The position numbers and the translations under genes were made by a program. This document shows, piece by piece, positions 23,428-33,290 of a stretch of DNA of 64,000 nt (positions within the stretch are counted from its first letter, which is position 1; the number at the start of each line of letters is the position of its first letter). Origin of the DNA: Nitrincola sp. (GTDB lineage: Bacteria; Pseudomonadota; Gammaproteobacteria; Pseudomonadales; Balneatricaceae); assembly GCF_048264025.1 (NCBI RefSeq), contig NZ_JBLXDN010000004.1, positions 30,026 through 94,025 of the forward strand, written 5' to 3'. The notes beneath the pieces are model-generated. The model searched no databases. It saw nothing but the letters and a program-made list of their open reading frames with translations, and was not told the DNA's origin.

Positions 23428-25535
23428 AATCAGACACAATGAACCGAGTATTTTCCATGCAGTTCAGAAAAACACCTCGACAGTACACGACTGGGTACCT
23501 GACCCAGGCGATCAGAATGGCCCTAATAGGAGTGGTATGTGTGCCCATGCATACCGCCGTTCAAGCCAGCGATGTTAGTAGTCAGGTTACCAGCGTGTTC
23601 TATGATCCGGATACAGCTGTCGATCAGTTGCAACCCAACCGCACGGATATGCGCATTCCCCAGCGCATGCAGGGTCGTGTGGTGGTACGCGCGCCCCGTG
23701 CTGTTCGAGTGGATCCGGTGTTAACTGCACCGGTTGAAAATCTGGAGCAGCGGCGTTTCTCACTGGATGCTGTGCGCATGATTGACTCGCAGTTATTTGA
23801 TGAGCAGGAGTTAATGGCAGTAATGACTCCCTGGACTGAGCGCCAGTTGTCCTTCGCCGAGTTTCAATTGGCAGCGCTGACACTCCTGGAACACTTGCGT
23901 GAGCATGGCCATCCTGATGCGGTGTTACGTTTTTCTCAACTTCAGTTTCTTGAAAATCAGCAAGTGGCTGTGGCGATTGACGGTCTAACACCGACAGATA
24001 GCTATCAGGACGGTTCACCACGTATCCAGGTAGCTGGATTTGACGTGCAGGGCGTGACGCTGCTGGATAATGCTGTGGTTCAGTCTCACCTTGCCCCTTG
24101 GACGGGGCGGGCACTTAGCGTTGATGAATTGAGTGAAGCGGTTGAATCAGTTGCTCAGTTGCTGCGTGATCAGGGTTATGCCTTGGCGCAGGCCTGGTTG
24201 CCACCGCAGGAAATTACTGATGGCCAGGTTAAAATTGAGGTGCTGGAAGGGGTCGTAGACGGCGAATCCGGTCATCAAGGTATTACTGTAGCAGATACTC
24301 AACGTATCAAGTCTGAGGTGATTGCGGCTTATCTGGCGGAAGGTGTAGTGGCAGATCAGCCACTTAACATCAATGCGTTGGAGCGTCAGGTACGCCTGCT
24401 GAACGAAATGCCGGGCATTCGCAGTGTTCAGACAGACCTGGCTCCTGGGTCTGTAGCGGGTACCACACAGGTCATTGCTGAGGTTGAAGAAGACGCTCTC
24501 CTGACCTCGGCCGTCACGCTGGATAATTATGGCAGCAAATTCTCTGGTGAAGAGCGTCTGGGGTTAAACCTGAACCTGAACAGTCCGATGGGCTATGGTG
24601 AGCAGTTTTTTGTCAATTATACTGGTTCTGAAGGAACCAATAGCTACAAGCTGGGCGTGCATGCCCCTGTGGGTTACTCCGGTTTGCGCATGGGGGCATC
24701 CTATGCCGCAATGGATGTAAAGCTCAACGAGGGTAGTATTGCGCCGCTTAATCAGAGCAGTGACTCGGAGTCTTTCTCCCTATTTGCCAATTATCCACTG
24801 GCCCGTAGTGCGGCACGCAATATCGATCTGTTTGCCAGCCTGGATCATAAATCCTATCAAAACAACTACCCGGATTTTGGTTTTTTTGACAATCAGCGTG
24901 ATATTACCAGCCTGACAGTCGGTGCCAGTGGTAACCAGATAGACCGCTATCAAGGACGAACAGGTTGGGGTGTTTCCTTGACTCAGGGCGACTTGTCTTT
25001 GAAGGGCAGTGGTGACTCAAGCACTGAAGGCAGTTTCAGCAAGGGTAACTTCAATATTTCCAGACTGCAGGCTTTGCCAGCCGATCAATGGTTTGTTTAT
25101 GCCAGTATGAGTGGGCAGCTAGCCAGTGGCAATCTTGATAGTGCCGAAAAATTTCAGCTAGGCGGACCGATGGGTGTACGCGCCTGGCCAGTAGGTGAAG
25201 CGATTGGTGATCATGGCTGGTTGGCCAATCTGGAACTGCGTCGCAATCTGGGTAATCACGGCGATGCTAATTTCGAAGCCTTTGGTTTTTATGATATCGG
25301 TGGCGTTACCCAGTATGCCAACTCAGCGGATGCTCCAGCCTATTCAGGTCCAAACACCTATGAACTTGGTGGCTATGGTGTCGGGCTAAGCATGACTTAC
25401 AGCGAAACAGGCAATGTACGTCTGGTGTATGCCCAGAAAGACCGTAGTAACCCCAACCCCACAGCCAGTGGCACAGACAGTGATGGCACTGATCAGTCAG
25501 GACGTATCTGGCTGATTGGTACCCTGTTATTCTGA
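23424..25535 (+). CDS. TpsB (ShlB/FhaC/HecB-family) two-partner-secretion outer-membrane transporter with POTRA domains
   Basis: ATG 23424 overlaps the giant-gene stop (ATGA, 23424-23427); a TTG at 23415 is the alternative start. Signal-like MALIGVVCVPMHTAVQA. POTRA-like blocks (FDVQGVTLLDNAVVQSHLAPWTGRALSVDELSEAVESVAQLLRDQGYALAQAWLPPQEITDGQVKIEVLEG). The beta-barrel ends in an aromatic residue (...IWLIGTLLF). Confidence 0.9.
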   Translation: MKSDTMNRVFSMQFRKTPRQYTTGYLTQAIRMALIGVVCVPMHTAVQASDVSSQVTSVFYDPDTAVDQLQPNRTDMRIPQRMQGRVVVRAPRAVRVDPVLTAPVENLEQRRFSLDAVRMIDSQLFDEQELMAVMTPWTERQLSFAEFQLAALTLLEHLREHGHPDAVLRFSQLQFLENQQVAVAIDGLTPTDSYQDGSPRIQVAGFDVQGVTLLDNAVVQSHLAPWTGRALSVDELSEAVESVAQLLRDQGYALAQAWLPPQEITDGQVKIEVLEGVVDGESGHQGITVADTQRIKSEVIAAYLAEGVVADQPLNINALERQVRLLNEMPGIRSVQTDLAPGSVAGTTQVIAEVEEDALLTSAVTLDNYGSKFSGEERLGLNLNLNSPMGYGEQFFVNYTGSEGTNSYKLGVHAPVGYSGLRMGASYAAMDVKLNEGSIAPLNQSSDSESFSLFANYPLARSAARNIDLFASLDHKSYQNNYPDFGFFDNQRDITSLTVGASGNQIDRYQGRTGWGVSLTQGDLSLKGSGDSSTEGSFSKGNFNISRLQALPADQWFVYASMSGQLASGNLDSAEKFQLGGPMGVRAWPVGEAIGDHGWLANLELRRNLGNHGDANFEAFGFYDIGGVTQYANSADAPAYSGPNTYELGGYGVGLSMTYSETGNVRLVYAQKDRSNPNPTASGTDSDGTDQSGRIWLIGTLLF

Positions 25536-25549
25536 TAGAGGCACAGAGA

Positions 25550-28500
25550 ATGAAAAAGAATAGAAAATACAACGCATCGGTTCGGGCTTTTACCCCCCGA
25601 CTGTTGCCACTGCTGATTGCCTCGGCCATATCACCGATGACGGCGATCGCTGCACCGGATGCCAATGAATTACCCAATGGGGGGCAAATAGTTCATGGGC
25701 AAGGGGCTATTTCCCAGGCGGGTAATGTGATGAATGTTCAACAGAACACGCAGAACATGATTACTAACTGGAACAGCTTCAACGTAGGTAGTCAGGCGAC
25801 TGTGAACTTCCATCAGCCTGGTGCGAGTTCTACGGTGTTGAACCGGGTCACATCCGGTGATCCCAGCCAGATTCATGGTCAGATCAATGCCAATGGTAAT
25901 GTGATCATTGCTAACCCGGCTGGCGTCATGTTCGGGCAGTCGGCCCGCGTGGATGTCGGTGGCTTGATGGCAGCGGGTCAGGATATTGCTGATCAGGATT
26001 TTGTCGAAGGTAATCTGCAACTGGATAAGATGTCAGCCGGTGGACAGGTGATCAACCAGGGACAGATTCATACCCGAAGTGGTGGATTCGTAATTCTGGC
26101 GGCTGATCAGGTCAGTAATAGCGGACGCATCGAAGCCCCGGAAGGCACGGTGGCGTTGCTGGCTGGCGAGCAGGCGCGTGTAGAACTGACGGCAGGCGGG
26201 CTGATCGGTATTCGGGTGGATGGCGAAACCGCAACTGCCGCCATTCAAAACACGGGTGTGCTGGTATCCGACGGTGGCAAGGTTCTCATTCAGAGTCGAC
26301 AGGCCACCGGTGCCTTGGCGGCTGCTGTCAATCAGACGGGTATTATCCGTGCTAATTCAGTGGCTGAAAATGAAGGGCGCATCATTATTGACGGGGGGCA
26401 GGGCGATGTGCTGCTGGCGGGCAGGGTTGAAGCAACTGGTCTTGAACCCGATCTGTCCGGAGGCTATATCAGTGCCACAGGTGACCGGGTGCTGGTCAGT
26501 GGTGAACTGGATGCCAGTGGCGCCAATGCTGGTGGCGAGGTTTATCTGGGAGGTGGTTGGCAAGGGCAGGATGCTGCGATTGCTGAAGCACGTCAGGTAC
26601 ATATCGAGATGGGGGCACGGGTAACTGCCGATGCTACGGTGGAAGGTGATGGTGGACAGATAGCGCTCTGGTCTTCTGAAGTGACCACCCATGCCGGGGT
26701 TATTTCAGCACGTGGTGCCGGTGATGGACAAGGCGGTGCAGTCGAAACTTCCAGTCGCGGTGCTTTGGGTGTGACGGGTGAGGTGGATGTGTCTGCAACC
26801 ACGGGCCAGGGGGGCTTGTGGCTACTTGATCCTGAAAATATCACCGTGGTCACCCCAGGCGGTGTTAACTGGGATGGAGCTGGCGCGGGAAATGTCAGTG
26901 TGAGTAACACCTCCATACAGAATACTCTCAATACCGGTGGTAACGTTATTCTTCAGGCCGATGACAGCATCACTATTGCAGCCAATATTTCCAAAACATC
27001 GGGTGGTGATGCACGTCTGACATTTGATGCGGGTGGCAACATTACCCTGAACACGGGTATCGATATATCGGCTACCACTGGACGGCTACATCTGGATTTC
27101 GGTACCACGTTACCCAGTACCGGCACGGCCTTCATTAATGGTCGACTGGCCACCAACGGTGGTACGGTCACTTTCTGGAAAGATGCCCAGATGGGGGCTT
27201 CCAATCCTGTCAGTACCCAAATCACCGGAATAGTGGGTGGCACAGGCCCTTATACCTCAGGTGATATCATCTTCAAACAGGATCTCTTGCTGGCGGCCAG
27301 TGATGCCAATGTCACCCTGGGCGCACAGGGACAATCTGACGGTGGTTTCACCGGTCTGGGTGGTGATATTCGTATTGAGGGTGATATATACAGCGTAGAA
27401 GCAGCCAATCAGTTACTTCGACCTCAGTCCCTGACGCTGGATACGCGTGGCACATCAGCGGGTGCGATTGTATTGGGCAGTGACGCCAGTAATTTTGTTG
27501 GTGGCAACGGCCAGTCGGCCTTACGACAGCTAAGCTTTCTCGGTCCTCAGACAATTACCCTGAACGCCGGCCTGATCAATCTGTTGTCACCCTCGGGTGC
27601 GGTGATCACTGCTGGATCGACATTGGGAACCCCCGAGTTACAGCTGAATGCCGCACATACCATAATAAATATTAACGGTGGCACGGTATCCGGTGTCACT
27701 GGCTATACCGACTATGTGCAGGATACCTTTGATATTCGTGGAATGAGTACGGCGGAATCATTGGTGATCAATTCCGACCGTTCGATCAAGATTCTGAATC
27801 AGCAAATTGCTGCCGACAGAGCCGAAGGGATGGATGTGATCCTGAATCCCTTTGTTGCCGCTGATGCATTAGGTGGTGCTGTGATTATGCTGGAAGCTGC
27901 GATTCTCACTAACGGTGGCAATATTTTTCTCGGCGGTGCCTCGAACCTGACTAATGCCGGTGTGGTGAATAATGCTGATGTTGACCAGTTTGCCGCAGGT
28001 TTTGCCGGTGACAGTGACAGCCGTACCGATGGGGTGTTTCTGCAGAATGTCCAGTTGGACAGTCGTGGTACGGATACCGATGGACTGATCAATATCAGTG
28101 GCCGAGCGCCTTTGGCGCAATCAGCCGGTGCCGGGGTGCGTATTGCCGGTGCGGCGACACGGATTGAGTCGGGCCGTAATGATATACAGGTGATTGGGCG
28201 TGTTACTACCCAGACCAATGCCGGTAATAAAGACGGTGTTATTATTGGTGAAGGCAGTGCGGCACGCTCATTGCTGGCGACCAGCAGCGGTAATCTGATT
28301 GTTGAAGGTGATGCGTCTGCCGTGGTGAATCCAAGCGGTGGTACCCGTTATAACGGCTTGATGCTGTCTTCCGGGGTGCTGTTGCGTACCGAGACAGGTG
28401 ATATACAGTTAACCGGGCGCGGTGGTGGTGGCAACCAGAACTTTATTCAGGAGAACCATGGTATTCGCATGGAAGACCTGAATACCAGTGTGATTTCCGA

Positions 28501-31500
28501 ATCTGGTAATATTCTGCTGTTGGGCGCTTCGGGTGGCAAAACCTCTGATCAAGGGGAAAACAGCTATGGCATCTATGCTGCTGGTAATGCCATGTACATT
28601 GGCCGGGATCAGAACCGCAGTACCGCCGCAGGAGATATCGTCTTCGTAGGTGACTCCATGCAGTTCGTCAACACCTCAGATCAGCGTCTGCAGGTGTCTA
28701 GCAGTGGTCACCTGGTCATTCGTCCCGAGCATGACGACACCAATATCCATCTGGGCAATGCCGGCACCCGCCCCGAACTAAATGGGGTCAGTACCCTTTA
28801 TTTAGGCGAGAACTGGTTTAACGGCAGTGCCCTGGGGGTGTTTCTGCCAGGACCAGTGATCACAGCCAGTAATGTATCCACTAATGTGCAGCAACTCTCT
28901 ATACAGGGTAATGCTGGTGGTGCTTTCACTCTGGTTATCGGTGAGCAGGAAACCGCGGCCATTACCTATACCACTAACCTGACAGATCTACGTGATCAGA
29001 TTCAGGCCGCTATACAGGGGATAACCGGACATGAGGGAGCCACTGTCAGTATTTCCGGTAGTAACTTACGGATTAACTTTACCGCTGCTCCCGCCAGTCT
29101 AGTGGTCGCTGGTGGCGATACCCGCGGCTTTGAAGCGATCACGTTGGGCCGCAGTGATCTGACCGGCCAGATTCAAGTGAATGCACCCACGACTTTCCGT
29201 GATGATGTGACGTTTTTGAGTGGCACGCATGGCAGCGACTATCAGGCCAATATGGTCATTAATTCGGCATTGACCGTACAACGTCAACCCAATTCAACCC
29301 AGCATGGATTGCTGACACTGGTAGCGAATGCTTTGGATAAACGAGCGTTGGTGGCCAAAGGGTTGATTACAGCCAATCAACTTAATTTGCTGGGCGCAGG
29401 TCAGTTTATAGCGACTGCCAGTAACCAGATTGCAGGTTTCTCCGCCGAGGTGGAAGGTGATGTCACACTGCGTAACAACCAGTCACTTCAGATTACAGAA
29501 AATGAATCACTCTGGCTGGATGCTATCGATTATGCGGGTAATCCGGTTCTGACCACCCCCACCGCTCAGACAACCACAGGTATTACCCTGACCGGTGGTC
29601 GACAGCTTGAAGTGCTGCTGGATACAGGTGATTTACGCCAGTCAGAAAATGTTTTCGTTGAAAGTGGCAAAGTCAGCCTGGTGACCGGTGGTGGACGTAT
29701 TATTCAGGAAAATAATGCCATTATTCGTGCTGCTAACCTTTGGTTATCAGCTACTACGGGCATTTCAGCGTTACACAGTGATAATGAAATCGACGCCTTG
29801 GCGGGCAACTTTACTGGTAGCGCCGGGCTAGAATTTAGCAATGCTCAGACGCTGTCGATAGACGGAGTGTCGATTGATCAATATCGTGCTGATACCGCTT
29901 CAACCAGTCTGGAAGGACAAGTGAATACCACCGAGTCAGATCGAAATGGTCTGCGTGGCGCCACTGGCGCCAGTGGTGGCACACTGGCAGTTGTTGTCAG
30001 ACAGGGAGATTTGTTACAGGGTGCGACTGAAGGTAGTTCGCAGTTACGGGCACAGCGAGCGGTGCTGCTGGCTGACCAAGGTAGCCTGTTGCTACAGAAT
30101 CAAACCAATCAAATCAGTATATTAACTGCCAAAGTGAATGCTGATAATGAGGATATAACCGTGTTCAATGCCCAGGCGATGACGCTTGGTAGTGTCACCG
30201 GGCTATCTGAAGCTCTCATTACTGGCGGCACTCAAGTAGGCGCTCAGGCAGCTGAGGGTGGTAATATCACCCTGGCGACAGTCAATGGCACCTTGACGGT
30301 AGCACGAGATGTGATGACGCTTGGCAGTGGAAATATCGATTTGCGTGCCGGTGGCACAGCGTCAAATCTAGCCATTGTGCCGGAGTCTGGTCAGCTTGCT
30401 TCGATCAGCAGTGGCAGCGGACAGATACAGCTGTTGGCCGGGCAAAGTATTACTACGCAATCCACCAGCGATGCTAGCGCTGAAGTGAGCACTGCTGGCA
30501 ATGTAATGCTACAGGCGGGCAGTGCGATAGGTTCTCAACAGAATCGAATCGAACTATCCGGTGTCGATACCCTGGCAGCCACGGCAGGTAATGGCAGCAT
30601 TTGGCTGCGCAGTCTCGGTACAGATCCAATAATATTGGGTCAAGTGAATGCATTGAATTCGGCTCAGTTAGTCGGTGGTGCGGTCACTGATCTTGCTGGA
30701 CTGATTACACAGCAGGGTAATGGTAATATCACCCTGACCACTCAGGGCGGTGATATTCGTGTGGTGTCAGCGCTGAATGCCAATGGCAGTGGTTATGTTG
30801 ATTTGCGCACAGCGGGCACAGGTAATATTGACATCAATGGCGCGACAATTACCTCTGCAACCGGGACGCTGCAGTTGGTTGCGGGTGGGGCTATTGGTAC
30901 CAATACTCTGACCGGTACTCAGGCAGAGCTGGCGACAGCCGGTCAGGTGTTGCTGAGTAGTGGCGGTCAGATAGGCACAGAAACCCAGCGCATCGAGATC
31001 GCCAGTGCCGCTCAGTTGGCCTCTCAGAGTCTTGGCAGTCAGTTTATTGCGCATAGCGGTGATGATCTGGCGATCAGTCAGGTTAATGCTGTTAATAGCA
31101 GCAGTGAGCTGGATAGGAGTGTCACCTCACTCAGTGGCATGAACGCCGGTCAGGGCAGTGTAATCGATCTGGATGTAGATCAGGCACTGTCACTGAATGC
31201 GGGTATCAGCACAACAACGACTGCTGGCATTGTCCGACTGGCGGCTGCCAGCATCAGTCAGTTAGTCGACAGTGGTAGCGAAATCTTGACGCAGGGTCTG
31301 CAACTGATTTCCCGTGTCGGCGATCTGCGCTTGGAAAACACCCACAACAGTGTGACAACACTGGCGGCCCGTGCTGCAGCGGGAGCCAGTTATACCAACC
31401 TTGGAAACTTGCAGGTTGATACGGTTTCTGGGGTGCAGGGCATCACAGCGGCCACAGATATTACCCTTCGCAGTGTCGAAGGTGATTTGACCCTGCTGCA

Positions 31501-32965
31501 AGCGCTGGAGGCTGATCAAGCGGCTGGTGTGATTACCCTGCAAGCGTTGCAAGGGGGTGTCCAGTCAGGCAATGCAGCCATCAGCACCGACGCCTTGAGA
31601 CTGGTTGCGGCCCAGAGCAGCGATCTGAGTCATGCCGGCAATCAACTAAACCGTGTGGCGGTGCAGTTGTCGCAGACTCATGCCGACTTCGAGTTAGTGA
31701 ACCAGAGCGGTTTTACCCTTGACAGGGTGATCACCAGTCTTGGGCACAGCGAGAGCCAGGGGCAAACGGATGGCATTCTCACCGCCGGTGGGAATATAAA
31801 CCTGCGGATTAGTGGTAGCGGGGATCTGCAACTCGCACAACAGCTATCCACGGGTTCTCGACAGCAAGGACGTGTCAGCTTAAACGCTGCAGATGGCTCT
31901 TTACTGCGCACGGCAACCGCTGGAATGATTACTGCTAATCAGCTGCAATTGCAGGCAAGTGGGGATGCGCTGCTGACGCAGCCGCAGAATGCGCTGAATA
32001 CAGCTTCTACAACACTCTTCCGTACCGAAAATGCCAATCAGGTAGCAGTTTTGGCAGCAGACCTGGGCGGCGACCTAATGTTTGCGGGTCTGGGGAGTCT
32101 GGAAGTTGGCCAGGTGCTGACGGATGGTGTTCAGGCTGATAATGTCTGGATACGTGCTCAGCAGGATCTCAGGCTGACTCAATCGGTAGTTGCTGACGCG
32201 ACTGGATTGCGTCCAGTGATATTGTCGGCGGGTAATCAATTTTTCAACCAGACGGGTCAGGGTACTGATGCAATTCAGGCTCAGGGTGGGTGGTTGATCT
32301 ATGAGCAGAGCGTCAATGGCTTTACCCAGCGGCTGGCTGGGTTGGTACCCGATTTCAGCTTTTTCAGCACTAGCTACGAACTGCAACGTCCAGGCAATGT
32401 TAGCTTGATGGGTAACGGTTATCTGGTGGGTACGCCGATTGCCGATCCAGAACAGTATCTGCGTCTTCCGGGAACAGAGAACAACACCAGTGGTAACCCT
32501 TTGACAGAGGGTGCAGCGTCTCAGCAGCCCAGTCCTTTGCTGGTATCCCTGGCACCGGTTATCGAGTCAGATCCAGATACCAGCTATGGCATGACGCTGT
32601 CGGTACTGCCTGCCGAAAGCGGATTTGCCAGTCTGACAACCCACTCAACGGGTGGACGTACCCTGGTAGCGCCTGTCGCTATGCAGGTTAGTGCGGATAA
32701 GCCGTTCCAGACCTTGCTGGGTCGTATACTGGGCGATGCAGAGTTGATTGGTGTTTCGCTGGTTGACGGTTCGCCATTACCGGATACACTGCAACTGCTG
32801 GGTAAGGGGCCTTCATTGCGACTGGTTGGCAGCCTGCCTTTGAGCAGCTCACCGTTGTTTATACGACTGGCCATGCAGCATCCGCACAGCGGTGAACCAC
32901 AATGGGTGGATATCCTGATTGAGATCACTGCGCCTGAAGACGACACTGAAACAACAATTATCTAA
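25550..32965 (+). CDS. TpsA exoprotein, filamentous-haemagglutinin-like (N-terminal TPS secretion domain plus long beta-helical repeats)
   Basis: Extended signal peptide. TPS domain LPNGGQIVHGQGAISQAGNVMNVQQNTQNMITNWNSFNVGSQATVNFHQPGASSTVLNRVTSGDPSQIHGQINANGNVIIANPAGVMFG. The body has recurring ...NQI..L.A...GD..L.N...L.I..V... beta-helix-type units. Confidence 0.9.
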   Translation: MKKNRKYNASVRAFTPRLLPLLIASAISPMTAIAAPDANELPNGGQIVHGQGAISQAGNVMNVQQNTQNMITNWNSFNVGSQATVNFHQPGASSTVLNRVTSGDPSQIHGQINANGNVIIANPAGVMFGQSARVDVGGLMAAGQDIADQDFVEGNLQLDKMSAGGQVINQGQIHTRSGGFVILAADQVSNSGRIEAPEGTVALLAGEQARVELTAGGLIGIRVDGETATAAIQNTGVLVSDGGKVLIQSRQATGALAAAVNQTGIIRANSVAENEGRIIIDGGQGDVLLAGRVEATGLEPDLSGGYISATGDRVLVSGELDASGANAGGEVYLGGGWQGQDAAIAEARQVHIEMGARVTADATVEGDGGQIALWSSEVTTHAGVISARGAGDGQGGAVETSSRGALGVTGEVDVSATTGQGGLWLLDPENITVVTPGGVNWDGAGAGNVSVSNTSIQNTLNTGGNVILQADDSITIAANISKTSGGDARLTFDAGGNITLNTGIDISATTGRLHLDFGTTLPSTGTAFINGRLATNGGTVTFWKDAQMGASNPVSTQITGIVGGTGPYTSGDIIFKQDLLLAASDANVTLGAQGQSDGGFTGLGGDIRIEGDIYSVEAANQLLRPQSLTLDTRGTSAGAIVLGSDASNFVGGNGQSALRQLSFLGPQTITLNAGLINLLSPSGAVITAGSTLGTPELQLNAAHTIININGGTVSGVTGYTDYVQDTFDIRGMSTAESLVINSDRSIKILNQQIAADRAEGMDVILNPFVAADALGGAVIMLEAAILTNGGNIFLGGASNLTNAGVVNNADVDQFAAGFAGDSDSRTDGVFLQNVQLDSRGTDTDGLINISGRAPLAQSAGAGVRIAGAATRIESGRNDIQVIGRVTTQTNAGNKDGVIIGEGSAARSLLATSSGNLIVEGDASAVVNPSGGTRYNGLMLSSGVLLRTETGDIQLTGRGGGGNQNFIQENHGIRMEDLNTSVISESGNILLLGASGGKTSDQGENSYGIYAAGNAMYIGRDQNRSTAAGDIVFVGDSMQFVNTSDQRLQVSSSGHLVIRPEHDDTNIHLGNAGTRPELNGVSTLYLGENWFNGSALGVFLPGPVITASNVSTNVQQLSIQGNAGGAFTLVIGEQETAAITYTTNLTDLRDQIQAAIQGITGHEGATVSISGSNLRINFTAAPASLVVAGGDTRGFEAITLGRSDLTGQIQVNAPTTFRDDVTFLSGTHGSDYQANMVINSALTVQRQPNSTQHGLLTLVANALDKRALVAKGLITANQLNLLGAGQFIATASNQIAGFSAEVEGDVTLRNNQSLQITENESLWLDAIDYAGNPVLTTPTAQTTTGITLTGGRQLEVLLDTGDLRQSENVFVESGKVSLVTGGGRIIQENNAIIRAANLWLSATTGISALHSDNEIDALAGNFTGSAGLEFSNAQTLSIDGVSIDQYRADTASTSLEGQVNTTESDRNGLRGATGASGGTLAVVVRQGDLLQGATEGSSQLRAQRAVLLADQGSLLLQNQTNQISILTAKVNADNEDITVFNAQAMTLGSVTGLSEALITGGTQVGAQAAEGGNITLATVNGTLTVARDVMTLGSGNIDLRAGGTASNLAIVPESGQLASISSGSGQIQLLAGQSITTQSTSDASAEVSTAGNVMLQAGSAIGSQQNRIELSGVDTLAATAGNGSIWLRSLGTDPIILGQVNALNSAQLVGGAVTDLAGLITQQGNGNITLTTQGGDIRVVSALNANGSGYVDLRTAGTGNIDINGATITSATGTLQLVAGGAIGTNTLTGTQAELATAGQVLLSSGGQIGTETQRIEIASAAQLASQSLGSQFIAHSGDDLAISQVNAVNSSSELDRSVTSLSGMNAGQGSVIDLDVDQALSLNAGISTTTTAGIVRLAAASISQLVDSGSEILTQGLQLISRVGDLRLENTHNSVTTLAARAAAGASYTNLGNLQVDTVSGVQGITAATDITLRSVEGDLTLLQALEADQAAGVITLQALQGGVQSGNAAISTDALRLVAAQSSDLSHAGNQLNRVAVQLSQTHADFELVNQSGFTLDRVITSLGHSESQGQTDGILTAGGNINLRISGSGDLQLAQQLSTGSRQQGRVSLNAADGSLLRTATAGMITANQLQLQASGDALLTQPQNALNTASTTLFRTENANQVAVLAADLGGDLMFAGLGSLEVGQVLTDGVQADNVWIRAQQDLRLTQSVVADATGLRPVILSAGNQFFNQTGQGTDAIQAQGGWLIYEQSVNGFTQRLAGLVPDFSFFSTSYELQRPGNVSLMGNGYLVGTPIADPEQYLRLPGTENNTSGNPLTEGAASQQPSPLLVSLAPVIESDPDTSYGMTLSVLPAESGFASLTTHSTGGRTLVAPVAMQVSADKPFQTLLGRILGDAELIGVSLVDGSPLPDTLQLLGKGPSLRLVGSLPLSSSPLFIRLAMQHPHSGEPQWVDILIEITAPEDDTETTII

Positions 32966-32987
32966 CAGCACCCTAGAGGATCAATGC

Positions 32988-33290
32988 ATGAGTGATGAAA
33001 ACGAACTGAAATCAGCCGCACAAGCTAACCCTGCCCAGTCGCCCAAAATCCACTGGGACGACAGTGAAATGCAGACTAACTATTCCAATGTCTGCAATGT
33101 CATGGGTACGCGTGAGGAGATCATGTTGCTGTTCGGTTCCAATCAGGCCTGGCAAACGGGTCAGACCGAAGTGAAGGTTAAATTATCCAATCGTATTCTG
33201 CTGACACCCCATGCGGCGAAACGCCTCAAGGTATTGCTGGAAATGGGCCTGAAAGAATATGAAACCAGATTCGGTGAAGTCAAACTCTGA
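32988..33290 (+). CDS. DUF3467-family small protein (100 aa)
   Basis: AGAGGA sits 7 nt upstream of ATG 32988. YSNVCNVMGTREEIMLLFG ... RILLTPHAAKRLKVLLEMGLKEYETRFGEV matches the DUF3467 pattern as I remember it. The longer ORF from 32919 would overlap the tpsA 3' end and was not used. Confidence 0.75.
   Translation: MSDENELKSAAQANPAQSPKIHWDDSEMQTNYSNVCNVMGTREEIMLLFGSNQAWQTGQTEVKVKLSNRILLTPHAAKRLKVLLEMGLKEYETRFGEVKL

Noticed and set aside
25550-33290. TpsA as a contact-dependent inhibition toxin (CdiA), with the small downstream ORF as its immunity protein
   Set aside because: No VENN-type pre-toxin boundary or recognisable toxin tip is visible in the C-terminal part. The downstream small ORF belongs to a conserved family (DUF3467-like) and is translationally coupled to the adaptor genes. 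It is not a variable orphan immunity gene.
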